Below are positions 8,754 through 19,403 of a stretch of 64,000 bases of DNA, piece by piece. Made by a program: the position numbers and the translations under genes. Every line of letters begins with the position of its first letter. Position 1 is the first letter of the stretch. Below the pieces are notes generated by a model that worked only from the letters and a program-made list of their open reading frames with translations, did not search any database and was not told the origin of the DNA. Source of the stretch: Savitreella phatthalungensis (taxonomy: Eukaryota); NCBI GenBank assembly GCA_051599415.1, contig AP039690.1, positions 806,001 through 870,000 on the forward strand, written 5' to 3'.

Positions 8754-11702
8754 CTATCCAAACATGAATTGATCGCCACCGTCACGACCGCGGTGGGTTG
8801 CCAAGATTGAAATGAGTGACCAGTCTTTTGAGGGATCGTGTGCTTGGCGATCCCAGAGATCGTCGAGGACTTCGAGTGCTGTGGTCCAGACGCCGAATCT
8901 GGTATCCGCGTTCCAGAAGGCTGCAAGCTCGCGGATGAAAGTCCGGTGGACGGCACCTTTCTCCTCGGCAGCGGCAAGCAGGAGCGGTAGTAGCAGCTGC
9001 TTCGACACGCCTGTCCTCGGACACGGTTCGATCAGGCGAGCGTGGTCGACGACGCGACGAGCCAAGGATCGCAGGCGAGGGTGACCTCCTCGTAGACCGT
9101 GAAACTCTCGACAGGCGTAAAGGAGCAACGCGTGTTTCCACACCTCCGCACCGTGCATCCGATCGTGCGCCTCGTCCACCTGCGCATCAGTGATGTGGTA
9201 GAGGGCGTCTTCGTCGTCTTGGTCGTCGTCCAAGTGGCGGGGATCGTGGTCGGCGATCTCGCCAGGGAGGGGCATCCTCGTACGTGCTTGCGAGTCTGCT
9301 AGGGCTTTGGCTTCGAGGATGTCTTCGACGTTGGCGACGTAGTCGAATTTCTCAATCTCGTCCTCCAGATCCGCAATCTCACGACGACCGTCTGGTGACA
9401 CTCGATACGCGTCATCAGACGCTAGTTCACAGAATCTGTAGACGATCCGTACCAGGCCCGACACGCAGCCCGTCAGGGCGAAAAACGACCAGCCGGGAGA
9501 GTCGATCGAACAGAGTGCATCCATATACCTTGGCGGAATACAAGGTGCCTTTCTGCCCACGAGCGCGATACTGCAGTCGTACCAGACTAACATTGCCAGC
9601 TGGGCCTGTAAAACGGTGCTCTCCACCAGGTGGGCCACACCGCCACGTGCATCGAGAAGTCGCGCAATTCCGTCAAAATGGACTTTCCAATTCGATCTTC
9701 CTGTCTGGACTGCCTCGAGCAGGACAAGGATGAAAGCGGTGATGAGCATTCCGTCAGATTGCTGGCACAGTGACGTGTCCATCAGAGCCTGACGGAAAAG
9801 CTGGAACGATTGAGTCTTATGCTGTGAGACAGCCAGAGCGCCAGACTGTCTGATCTCCTCGTCTCCCTTATATGAGTCGCCACGGAAGTTATGCGCAAGT
9901 CCAGCAGCCAGCACCGCCTCTTTGAGTGCTGGAAAGTGGTGTACATACGGCATGACCTCCCGGTAAGGGTTGATGACAGACTTGGCGTTGAAGGTCACTG
10001 GCACAGGGCAGATGAATCGGTCAAAATGCTGTATGCGCTGAAGATCGTAGGATGTCATGCTGTGCCATGCGGGCTGCAGTGACAGGAAACCGTTGGTGAG
10101 TGATTTGCGCTGTGCCACGGTCAGGCTTGTGCCAAAAAGCTCATTGCTGGCTTCCTCATCGTCGTCTTCATCGTGACGCGGTAATAGCTCGTCGAACTCC
10201 TCTTCCGCACCCGCGTGTCCAGCCAGATCCTGAGAACTGTCATGCGTAGTCAAACTGGCTCGCGACTGCTCGCCTTGATCGTCATCCGCCGTGAGTTCTC
10301 TGGCTAACGGACTACCTGCTGCCAATGGCATCGGCGATGGGTATGCACTGGCCGCCGGAGAGCCAACAACCTCGTGCCAAGAGCTTCTCTTGACGTCGTC
10401 AGGTGAGTGTGACTCAGTCTGCTGGCGAAGGCCAAATGACGCGATTGTAGGTGAGCTGTTGGACGCATTTGACTGCGTTCTGCTGCCCAAATGACTTGCC
10501 GACCCATCGTAGCCTTCACCCGCAACGGCAGGTGCATGAGACATGATCTCATGGGATATTGAGCCACTTGTACTTGGCGAGCGATGATCAGCCGGCGAAT
10601 GCGATGAATGCACATGACGAGTGCGACGGGTCCCATCGAGCAGGCTGCCAGCGGCATTAAAAGCCGTGAGCGGCTGCTTGAATTGCTGTGGGCTGAAATC
10701 TGGAGGTTGGAAGCTTTTGCCATACACACCATGCATTTGCATGTCTTGGGAATTGGGGGCTGTCGAATCGATACTGTTAGGTCGATGCATCCAGTTCTGC
10801 TGTGGCTGCTGCTCCATCACAGCTGGATTAGAACGATGATATCCTGCGTCTGCTCCAGGGTAGTTCATATTCATCAAGACAGGCTGACCGACGCTCACAA
10901 CGTCGTGGTACATAGCAGAATTATCTCGCAGGCCACCCATTGATCCGCGTGTGCCGAATTCGTTCTGTCTGTGTCGGGACGGGGACATGCGACCTCCATA
11001 GACTGCAGTGTCTTCGTCATTCAAAATAGAGGATAGGCGTGAGCGAGACGGCGTCCGGTCGAGCTCTTGGGCGGTCCAGTCGAAGCGATCGCCGGCGGTG
11101 GGCTGATTATCTGATACAACCTTTCTGCGCTTACTGGAAGACGGTAGATCCCCTGACGGGGAAGACGAATAACCTGCTGTAGAATCACTGCGAGCATGTC
11201 GCAGCGCAGGTGGCTGCGACAGCTCGGCTGAGGCCAAAGTGTTCCCTGACACGTCGGCAAACGTGCAGTCAACGTACTCTGGGAAGGTCTCCTGTATGAA
11301 CTCAAATGTCACCTGCGGCTTCGATTGTTCAAGTTGACTTGGAAACGAGCGCGGACTGGCGAGGATGGCTGCCTTCGAAGGACGGTTACTGTTTGTCTTG
11401 TGGGCAGATCTGCCGTTAGTGGTCTTCCCGTTGCTAGCAAGCTTCGCTTTTGTACCCGATGTCCACGATTGTCTCTGCGCTCCACCTTGCCATTGAAACT
11501 CCTGATGGTAACCTGAGCACACCTTACCCATACTGGTACAGACGTTGCAGCGCGGTCGTTGTCTGTCGCACACCACAGCCGGACTGTGCTGCTTCAGCTT
11601 CTGGCAAGCGAAACAGTCTGCGGCAGCACGGCCAAGTGAGTTTGTACGCTTGCTGTCCAGCGGTGCGCCGCCAGGCGAGCCGCCTTCGTTGTGGTAACTC
11701 AT
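8754..11702 (-). CDS. Zn(II)2Cys6 transcription factor with a C-terminal fungal TF (Fungal_trans_2-like) domain
   Basis: CFAC..CDRQRPRCNVC..C followed by SGY; C-terminal NPYR, WKVHFDG, LVWYD, LTGC, LLLPLLLAAAE motifs. First ATG at 11702 (the ORF track starts at TTG 11753). Confidence 0.85.
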   Translation of the reverse strand: MSYHNEGGSPGGAPLDSKRTNSLGRAAADCFACQKLKQHSPAVVCDRQRPRCNVCTSMGKVCSGYHQEFQWQGGAQRQSWTSGTKAKLASNGKTTNGRSAHKTNSNRPSKAAILASPRSFPSQLEQSKPQVTFEFIQETFPEYVDCTFADVSGNTLASAELSQPPALRHARSDSTAGYSSSPSGDLPSSSKRRKVVSDNQPTAGDRFDWTAQELDRTPSRSRLSSILNDEDTAVYGGRMSPSRHRQNEFGTRGSMGGLRDNSAMYHDVVSVGQPVLMNMNYPGADAGYHRSNPAVMEQQPQQNWMHRPNSIDSTAPNSQDMQMHGVYGKSFQPPDFSPQQFKQPLTAFNAAGSLLDGTRRTRHVHSSHSPADHRSPSTSGSISHEIMSHAPAVAGEGYDGSASHLGSRTQSNASNSSPTIASFGLRQQTESHSPDDVKRSSWHEVVGSPAASAYPSPMPLAAGSPLARELTADDDQGEQSRASLTTHDSSQDLAGHAGAEEEFDELLPRHDEDDDEEASNELFGTSLTVAQRKSLTNGFLSLQPAWHSMTSYDLQRIQHFDRFICPVPVTFNAKSVINPYREVMPYVHHFPALKEAVLAAGLAHNFRGDSYKGDEEIRQSGALAVSQHKTQSFQLFRQALMDTSLCQQSDGMLITAFILVLLEAVQTGRSNWKVHFDGIARLLDARGGVAHLVESTVLQAQLAMLVWYDCSIALVGRKAPCIPPRYMDALCSIDSPGWSFFALTGCVSGLVRIVYRFCELASDDAYRVSPDGRREIADLEDEIEKFDYVANVEDILEAKALADSQARTRMPLPGEIADHDPRHLDDDQDDEDALYHITDAQVDEAHDRMHGAEVWKHALLLYACREFHGLRGGHPRLRSLARRVVDHARLIEPCPRTGVSKQLLLPLLLAAAEEKGAVHRTFIRELAAFWNADTRFGVWTTALEVLDDLWDRQAHDPSKDWSLISILATHRGRDGGDQFMFG

Positions 11703-12411
11703 ACTCCAGGTAATGAGGTGAAATGCGCCAGTCAAATCCGGGTAATTTGGCAAGTTTTCAGCTTAGGAGAGCCGACTCTTGGCCAAGCGTCATCCGATTA
11801 GAGGCCATAGTCTGACTTTCACCTTTCTTGTCGAGATTATGCTGACTCTTACTTTGACTGTGGTCACGGCAAGAGACTTTCGAAGTGTTCAGTCAGTGTG
11901 ATCGCCTCTCGCAATTCCGCGTGTCAGGCCTAATGGTAGGCAATTCTCCCTCCTGATAAAAAGCGTAGGTGGCGGAGACAGAATGGTTGATTGACGCTGG
12001 TCAAGAGTTGACTCGTCAAGTATGGACAAAGTGTATGACTTCTGATGGGGGATGTTGTCCAGGGGAGAGCGACTAAATCGACGGAGGGTTTCCGGACTGG
12101 CGGACGATCACTGTGTGTCTGACCTCACTGCAAGAGCTAGATGAGCAAATTGGGCACCTCACTCTCAGTTGCGTCTCAGAATGGCCTGATGGATGCGTCA
12201 CAGATAGACAGTCCTCTTGAAGAATCAGGAAGAGAGAGCAAGAAAGAAGCTTAGACAATCGAGCGATTGAACCACAAGGTACTATCTGTATAGCGTTAGC
12301 TTTGATACCGCCGGAGATTCGGAAATGGACCGAGATCCTGGGTTTCTCAAGTTCTGTAGCGGTCCCGCCGGTCTCGAAGGAGCCACATCAAATTTGATCG
12401 AGTAAAGCCAA

Positions 12412-12512
12412 GTCAGTCACTCAATCACTCAAATACTCAATCACTCAATCATTCAATCGATCATCCAGAGTGGATCGGTGAATGACTGATTGAATGAAGG
12501 ACTGAATGAATG
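12412..12512. repeat. TCAC/TCAA/TCAT-type microsatellite arranged as an imperfect inverted repeat
   Basis: Left arm ...TCACTCAATCACTCAAATACTCAATCACTCAATCATTCAATCGATCATCCA, loop GAG (12468-12470), right arm TGGATCGGTGAATGACTGATTGAATGAAGGACTGAATGAATG. Confidence 0.65.
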
Positions 12513-13895
12513 GCCGGTGGATTTCATTTTGTATACTGTGGAAAGTTATTAAATTACAGTACGCCTACATCCACATCCCATCCATGTACAAATAGTACAT
12601 AGCCGGACTCTGCTATAGGTCAGGAGATCGATCGGTCGGAAAGTATCCGATCGATAAATTGGCGAGCACGAGAATCTCGCTCGCCTGCCGCAGTCAAGTT
12701 CCATGAGCGCTGGAGTGCCGTCTGGAGTGGCAGGATCGACTTAAGCCACGCGCCTGATCAGTTTTGCAGCGTTTCAGGAGCTTTTCGAAACGTGGAGGGG
12801 AGCTATACTTTTGGTAGGCATCAGAAGTTCTCTCATTCTACCCGGACTCGGAGTAATAGGGTTGGGTCAAAGTCAAATAAGATTAAACTGTGTCAGGATT
12901 CCATCTTCGGTTGAGCATGAGGTTGAACACGCGAGAGCGGGTCAATATTCCACACAGAACTTAAACAAGCTGGCGCCGGAAGCCTTGAAAGATCAGAAGG
13001 TCCCCCACTTTCTGTATCAGAACTCAATGTGGATTGAGTGTGATGCTGCATGGCTTGTAATGTGCTCCATGCAGGGTGCTCCACCTTAAGATCCTCTGCC
13101 GTGTCTCCGGAGCGGATCTAGACAGCAAATAGTATTATTTTGATCGCCCAATCGACCGGACTATTTTTTGACCTGATCCAGCTACTCTGTGAAAGAACGA
13201 TCACTTATCGTCCTGAATTTTTAAATGGTCCGCTGCGGTGAGATTGACCAGGTCTGGACGACAGCTAAAGTTGGATCAATATGGTGACAGCAGGAATAAT
13301 CTGCGGCCTTGACAACTGTTCCAGAGCGGCTTCACCAGTCATAGAAGGTAGAGCAGTTATCGGTCCGCACGAACTAGCTAGTAGCGGACAATTCGAAGGG
13401 CGCAGAAGCTCGCAAGAATGCAACGAGAGTCGGCAACAGGCTTGCATGGACCTGACCTATAGACTCACGCCACTGTCATGTGCCGTCCCTTCCACATACC
13501 GATCTTGCAACATCATTCATAAAAGTCGACTGGTGTGCAGAGCAATGCAAAGCAGCACTTTACCCTGGTGCGCATCAACATATTGATAGACAAGCATTGG
13601 TAACCATCGCCTGTAAGGGGCTTGAGCACTGATATTCGGCAATTAGCTCGCGCACTTTGTCCTCGAATGTCATTAGATGCTAATAGGAAAGGAATTGTAC
13701 TCGAGAAGTCATTGCTCGACAGACAACCCTGACTATGTGAGCGTTCGAGCGTAATACTGGGATTGAATTTGCGTCTGGCAATGCTGCCGGCCATACACAA
13801 CGTTTGACTGACCACCAAAAGTTCGCTTTGGCCTGGATGGTATGGCCACTCACTCATACTGATGCAATGTATATTTGGCTCAATTCGACGTCAAA

Positions 13896-13914
13896 GGGGG
13901 GGGGGGGGGGGGGG
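13896..13914 (+). repeat. Poly-G tract (19 G)
   Basis: Seen directly: tcaaa-G19-ttgacc. Confidence 0.95.
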
Positions 13915-14806
13915 TTGACCTCTGATTGAGCCTATTGCAGGCTCGATATATTTAGGAGATCCTGCACCGCTAATGGTCTTGGCCCAGCGAGAAACACATG
14001 CACTTGATTACGACTTCAAGATAGCTTCTCACGTGATGCGCGGATCGAACATTCTTTCGACGGTCCGCATGTGTAATCTGAAGAGGATCAGATATTACGG
14101 TGTCTGTGGTTTTCTGAAATTTCCATTCTAGACCCTCCAGGTTCTCGACCACTTCCCCGTAGCTGCCGCTCAGAAGACTCTCAATCTTCCTGAATATGTA
14201 GGCGGTGGTAAAATCTGACAGTCTGAGGACTGTCATCGAACGTGAAGAATGGCGTGACTATTCTAAATTTCGTCCCAATCGCAGCCTTACACGATACTGG
14301 AAAAGTAATCTGATAGGGGCTAAAGACCTTGGCCTCATCGACATTGCGGCTGTGATTTTGATCTCTTGATGCCACGTATCTGAAATGGTTATCCATGTCT
14401 ACCTGGTGCTTGTGACAATAGGCGGCGGCACTGACCGTTGCAGGCTACACCATATCAAACAGAGCTGGGTCTGTCGATCCATCTCGACATATGATATCGC
14501 TTCATTTCTCGCTTGAATTCGGCTTAGGTCTTCTAGATCTCCCGCATTGGAACCCCCAGAGAGCGAATGAGGCAAAAATCCTGCTTAGCCCAGATAGAGC
14601 TCAATGCTGTGTATATCGCCATCAAATTCAGATCCTCTTTCGTTTCCGTAGAGTGTTTCGAGAGATTGATCCGTTCATCATCTACTCTGCGTGTACGTTG
14701 TCGAACTGAATTCAAATCCGAAATTCAAATCCAGAAGCGGCTCTCACTTCCCCACCAAACGTCTACCGTAACCATCACTACCAACGCAACCACAATCACC
14801 ATCAAT

Positions 14807-14892
14807 CACACACACTCACACACACTCACACACACTCACACACACTCACACACACTCACACACAACCACACTCACACACTCCCACACACTCG
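14807..14892 (+). repeat. CA-rich tandem repeat with a 10-nt unit CACACACACT (about 5 perfect copies, then degenerate)
   Basis: Seen directly, upstream of the KSP1 gene. Confidence 0.95.
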
Positions 14893-15547
14893 CACGTAAC
14901 GGACACTAGCGCACGTACGCACGAAGACCGGTCTCCACACACGAGCTATTCTCTACGGTCAATCCAGTTCAATTGAATCGCTTGACTAATTTTGGGACAT
15001 TCATGAAGCTGAGCTACCAAATAAACAATATGCACCTTTGAACTGTAGAGCGACATCATCAACGCCGTGCGAAGGACGATCGATCCGACGGGCAAAGACC
15101 GCGCTTTGGCTCAATTACTGTTTCTGAGTCACAGCGCACGATTTGGCAATTCCGATCTAGACTCTTTAGATATCCAGCACGGTTTCAGGCGTTGGAGTCT
15201 CCAAGGTGCAAGAGCTTCACGCCTTCCCCATACTTGAAGCGTCTCCATTGATCGCGCGGCTTCGCGTTCTTGCTCTCTACTCATCAGCCTTTCATTGATC
15301 GACATTAACGTCGAAAGCCGCGCCATTCGAACATCGCAGGATTCTAGTCATCTGGTCTGGGCCGATCTGACGTTGATTTCTGCTGACAATTGGTCAGGCG
15401 ACCCATTCTCATTATCAGCGTCCTCGCAATCTCATCACTGTCCAGCAGCTCTGTGTCAGCAGGTCTGACCACGGCTGCGGCAGCGATACTCAAGGACTTC
15501 CGAGCGGGTAGATAAGCAGCGACCACTTCTCATCGGATTATCGTGCC

Positions 15548-17167
15548 ATGACTCCTCTGTCAAAGGGCGATGAGCTTGGCGGCTGGAACGCCAAGAAGTA
15601 CAAGGTCGAAAGTGTTCTGAACCATGGTTCTTACGGCACGGTCTACGCAGCACGCAATTCACGCACGCTCCAGAAAGTTGCCATCAAGCAGGTCGCAAAG
15701 GAGGTTCACACAGTCAACAACCAGACTGAATTGGCTATTCTGACCCGCTCTCGTAAGGCAGCGTCGCGCAACATTGTCAAACTGCTTGACTCATTCAGCG
15801 ACTCTCATTCACACTATATCGTCCTTGAGTTCTGCTCGCTCGGCGATCTATACGAGATCATCGCTGCATCCAAGGTACCTACAGATGCCGACACCGTCCG
15901 TGACCTTATCCTGCAGCTTGTCTCTGCGATTGAGGCTTGCCACTCTGTTGGCATCTACCACCGGGACATCAAGCCGGAGAACATCTTCTTGTCAATTGAA
16001 GAGGGTAAATCTACAAAGAATGGGGACGGCATTGTTGTTGTCAAGCTTGGGGACTTCGGTCTGGCTACCTGGGAGGACATGTCGACAGAAATTGGCACAG
16101 GCAGTGACCGATACATGGCACCCGAGCAATTTTCTGGAGACGAGACTGGTGGCTATTCACCTGCGGCATGTGACATCTGGTCGCTTGGCATCGTGATCCT
16201 CAACATCCTCTACTCACGTAACCCGTGGAAGACACCCTCAGAGCAGGACCAGATCTTTGCCGACTTCCGCCGTTCACCGATGTCGTTGTTTGATCACTTC
16301 GCTGACCTCACATCTGACACCTTCAATGTGCTTCAACACGCGCTTGCTTTTGATCCGCGTCGTCGCTCGCTGACATACATGCGTGAGGCGATCATGAAAG
16401 TCACCAATTGGTCTCGGCTGGACGAACCCTCTGCGTTCGGCAGCCGCACCAGTACCAATCTGGCAGAGTACGATACCGCCGGCCCGACTGCTGGCCGTGT
16501 GCCACTTCGCACTCCATCTACTGTTGATGTCAAGCCACCCAAGGCTGCCTCGGTTGCTGTAAAGCGAGCGAGCCTCAGGGCGTTCCAATGGCGTAACGCC
16601 CTAGACCATATGGTCGAAGAGCGTGATGAGGATCACCGCAACGGTCTCGGATTCGCTCGACCTGAGCAAAACAACAGCTCAGCCCTATCATGGCGAATAG
16701 CTAGTCCGAATGATCTCGATGGCTTTGATTCAGGCCTGGGTAACAGTCTTGCGTCTTCAGCTGTCTACAAGAGGTCCACCGCTGCTGCGGCTGCGGCAGC
16801 TGCTGCCAATGCTGCAGTAAATGCTTCAACTGCGGCCGGTTTCGGCCAGAAAGGACGTCGGATCAGGTGTGCATCTGACGCGACCAGCAACAAGGTCATC
16901 CCGGCCTCAGCGCCAGCACGTCGACCGCCGCCCATGCACTTCCCACCACCGTCGCACGGCGATCGTCAGCACCTGAAGTTTGGAACCTCCTGGGCAGACT
17001 TGGACGATGAAGAAGATGATCTCGATGGTGCTTACGATTCCGGGAATGAAGCATCGCCTTCCACCACCTCATGCGCTCACTCAGCTTCTTCTGTCATTGC
17101 AGAGGAAGACGGCGAGCTCTTCGCGTTCGAAGATGCCTCACCTCGAGCCACTGCAGCTCACGTGTGA
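15548..17167 (+). CDS. KSP1: Ser/Thr protein kinase, Ksp1 (Ran1/Ksp1 group)
   Basis: YKVESVLNHGSYGTV, VAIK, LEFCSLGDLYE, HRDIKPEN, DFGLA, GTGSDRYMAPEQF and SRNPW closely follow fission-yeast Ksp1 as I recall it; C-terminal SWAD motif. Confidence 0.85.
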   Translation: MTPLSKGDELGGWNAKKYKVESVLNHGSYGTVYAARNSRTLQKVAIKQVAKEVHTVNNQTELAILTRSRKAASRNIVKLLDSFSDSHSHYIVLEFCSLGDLYEIIAASKVPTDADTVRDLILQLVSAIEACHSVGIYHRDIKPENIFLSIEEGKSTKNGDGIVVVKLGDFGLATWEDMSTEIGTGSDRYMAPEQFSGDETGGYSPAACDIWSLGIVILNILYSRNPWKTPSEQDQIFADFRRSPMSLFDHFADLTSDTFNVLQHALAFDPRRRSLTYMREAIMKVTNWSRLDEPSAFGSRTSTNLAEYDTAGPTAGRVPLRTPSTVDVKPPKAASVAVKRASLRAFQWRNALDHMVEERDEDHRNGLGFARPEQNNSSALSWRIASPNDLDGFDSGLGNSLASSAVYKRSTAAAAAAAAANAAVNASTAAGFGQKGRRIRCASDATSNKVIPASAPARRPPPMHFPPPSHGDRQHLKFGTSWADLDDEEDDLDGAYDSGNEASPSTTSCAHSASSVIAEEDGELFAFEDASPRATAAHV

Positions 17168-17550
17168 TCTGCACGCTCAAACACACACACATGCACACAA
17201 CGCTCGTTTCTCTCGCTCTCTGCTCTTCTCCTTTTCTCTTTCCTGTTCACAATCCTTGGACCACTTCGCGGCGTTCTTCCTTTTCCAAATCACAACACAA
17301 ACCACATATTTTTCCATGATGACTCAAAAATGACCCCGGCGTATCGGCGACAATGCAATTTCTCAAATCCAAAAACCATGCAATCCAGTACTCGCGCCTT
17401 GACGGCAATCCGGTCCACATAGCAACCCTTTCAGTCACCGCTCGTGAGATACAATGAATGATATCCATATACTGTATATTTGACATAAGGATCGTCCTCG
17501 TGTATGTAGCTGGTTGAGGATCGTGTTTGTCATGGTCGATCTACATAACC

Positions 17551-19131
17551 TCACTTGAAGGCTGAGCCAGCTTGATACCTAAGTCCTCCCTGAAGTAAAA
17601 CCTCCGCAATGTTGTGCTTGTCTGCAAGTAGCATCACGAGGCGATCGATGCCCATGCCCCAGCCTGCAGTCGGCGGCATTCCCCACTCGAGAGCATTGCA
17701 GTAGGATGCCTCTTCAGGCGTAAGTTGTCCATCTCCACCACCTCCACCGCCACTCGCGGCATTTGCAAACTTCATGCGTTGCACCGTCGCTGAGTTCTCC
17801 TCTTCGTAGGCATTGATCAACTCGATCCCTTTCACAAACAGCTCGAAGCGGCAAGAGATTTCTCGATCGCTGCTAGTGGATGATGGGGTGCGATTGCCAG
17901 GTTGACCTGGTGAGATGGGAGCGGATTTGGCCAAGGGAGCCATGCAAGCAGGCGCGTTCATGACAAACGTCGCACGCTTCTTGCACAGCGGCTCGATAAA
18001 TCGACTACCCAAGGCATCCCAGCTCGCCGACAGCTCAGCCGTTCGAGTCATCGGCAGATCGGTCGTGTTCTCCATCTGAACGAGGTCCGACATGCCGAGG
18101 TCGCCAAGGAGCGCACGGAGTCCGGGTAGATCGTCGACGTCCGGGATGGGTCGCCCAAGACGAGTCTCGATGGTTGATAGAAAGTCCAACTGCTGGAAAT
18201 CATCAAACAGAGCAGGCGTTGCAGCATCAGTAGAGAGTGTCTGCCGTGCAGCGTGCTCGAGCTCGCGCAGCAGAGATTTTGTGAAATCGAGGAGATCGTC
18301 GAGACCCCAGTAGGCTGCGTAGAATTCGCAGGTGGTGAATTCTGGGTTGTGACGGCGTGAGAGGCCTTCATTGCGGAACGATTTGCCAATCTCAAACACT
18401 CGTTCGAATCCGCCGACGATGGCCCGCTTCAGAGCGAGCTCAGGCGCTATCCGAAGCTGCAGCACGGTGTCAGAAAGAGCATCGGCAGTTGTCACAAACG
18501 GACGGGCAGTTGCCCCGGATGCTGACGATTGCAGCACTGGCGTTTCCAGCTCGATGAAATCATGGCTTTCAAGATGGCGTCGTAGTGTACTCACCAGCCG
18601 GGAACGTGCGAGCATGGTATTCTTCGATGCTTCGTTCACTAGGAAATCGATGTGTCGATTCTTTAACCGCTTGTGAACGTCATCGTAGCGCTGAGGGATT
18701 CTGTGCAAGCATTGCGAGAGGACAGATATTTGTTCAGCAGATACGGAGATCTGCCCATTCTTGGGATTTTGGATAGGCATTCCATAGATCTCAACGTGAT
18801 CACCCTCACGTAGACCGCGAGCTGTTCTCAAGGCTCTTTCAATTGCATTCCCTGACTCAGCGTCGTTCTCACTAGCACTTAAGCTGCACTCCTGCCGGGC
18901 GACAATCATCTGTACAGTTTCGCCACCCTGCGCGACATCCGCAAACATCAAATGAGCAGAAGCCGACCGGGTCGAGGTGATTCGACCACGCAATCTCACC
19001 TTGGGCCATTGTGTGGTGTCAGAGCAACCGCTAGGAGACTTACGGTGAAACCATGACAGCAGTGTTTTTGGTGTCACTAGCTCTGCTGATGAACGCAATC
19101 TAGGTAGACGCACGAGCAGCTCCCGACTCAT
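17551..19131 (-). CDS. MSK1: Lysyl-tRNA synthetase, mitochondrial (class II)
   Basis: OB-fold start, ASGATARPFVT, LRIAPELALKR, FRNEGLSRRHNPEFTTCEFY, ELINAYEEEN, GMPPTAGWGMGIDRL; Arg/Leu/Ser-rich presequence-like N-terminus. Confidence 0.92.
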   Translation of the reverse strand: MSRELLVRLPRLRSSAELVTPKTLLSWFHRKSPSGCSDTTQWPKVRLRGRITSTRSASAHLMFADVAQGGETVQMIVARQECSLSASENDAESGNAIERALRTARGLREGDHVEIYGMPIQNPKNGQISVSAEQISVLSQCLHRIPQRYDDVHKRLKNRHIDFLVNEASKNTMLARSRLVSTLRRHLESHDFIELETPVLQSSASGATARPFVTTADALSDTVLQLRIAPELALKRAIVGGFERVFEIGKSFRNEGLSRRHNPEFTTCEFYAAYWGLDDLLDFTKSLLRELEHAARQTLSTDAATPALFDDFQQLDFLSTIETRLGRPIPDVDDLPGLRALLGDLGMSDLVQMENTTDLPMTRTAELSASWDALGSRFIEPLCKKRATFVMNAPACMAPLAKSAPISPGQPGNRTPSSTSSDREISCRFELFVKGIELINAYEEENSATVQRMKFANAASGGGGGGDGQLTPEEASYCNALEWGMPPTAGWGMGIDRLVMLLADKHNIAEVLLQGGLRYQAGSAFK

Positions 19132-19403
19132 CGAACTCGCTATCTATAAGCACCTTGATTGAGCACCTACGAGACGTCCTGCAGAACGACCATGAGTGTC
19201 CGGGAAACAACGATTGATGGCAAGCCTCTTCTATCGAGCTGCCTTTCATTTTATTTTTGTGCATTTGAGTGATTGCATCCTGACTGCTGTATCCGGGTTT
19301 CCTTCAATATTGCATGTGTTCATTTGGTCATACGTAGACAAGGTGTCTTAAAAGAATCGTTCAATCAGTGGAAACGACCCGCACTGTCGCAAACATCGTC
19401 GCT

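Noticed and set aside
13970..14715. Three short minus-strand ORFs as a possible pseudogene
   Set aside because: No recognisable domain and no clear splice signals linking them; not supportable without a database search.
14567..14899. ORF with a His/Thr-rich tail (and the similar His/Pro ORF at 46745-47113)
   Set aside because: The tails are simply translations of CA-rich microsatellites.
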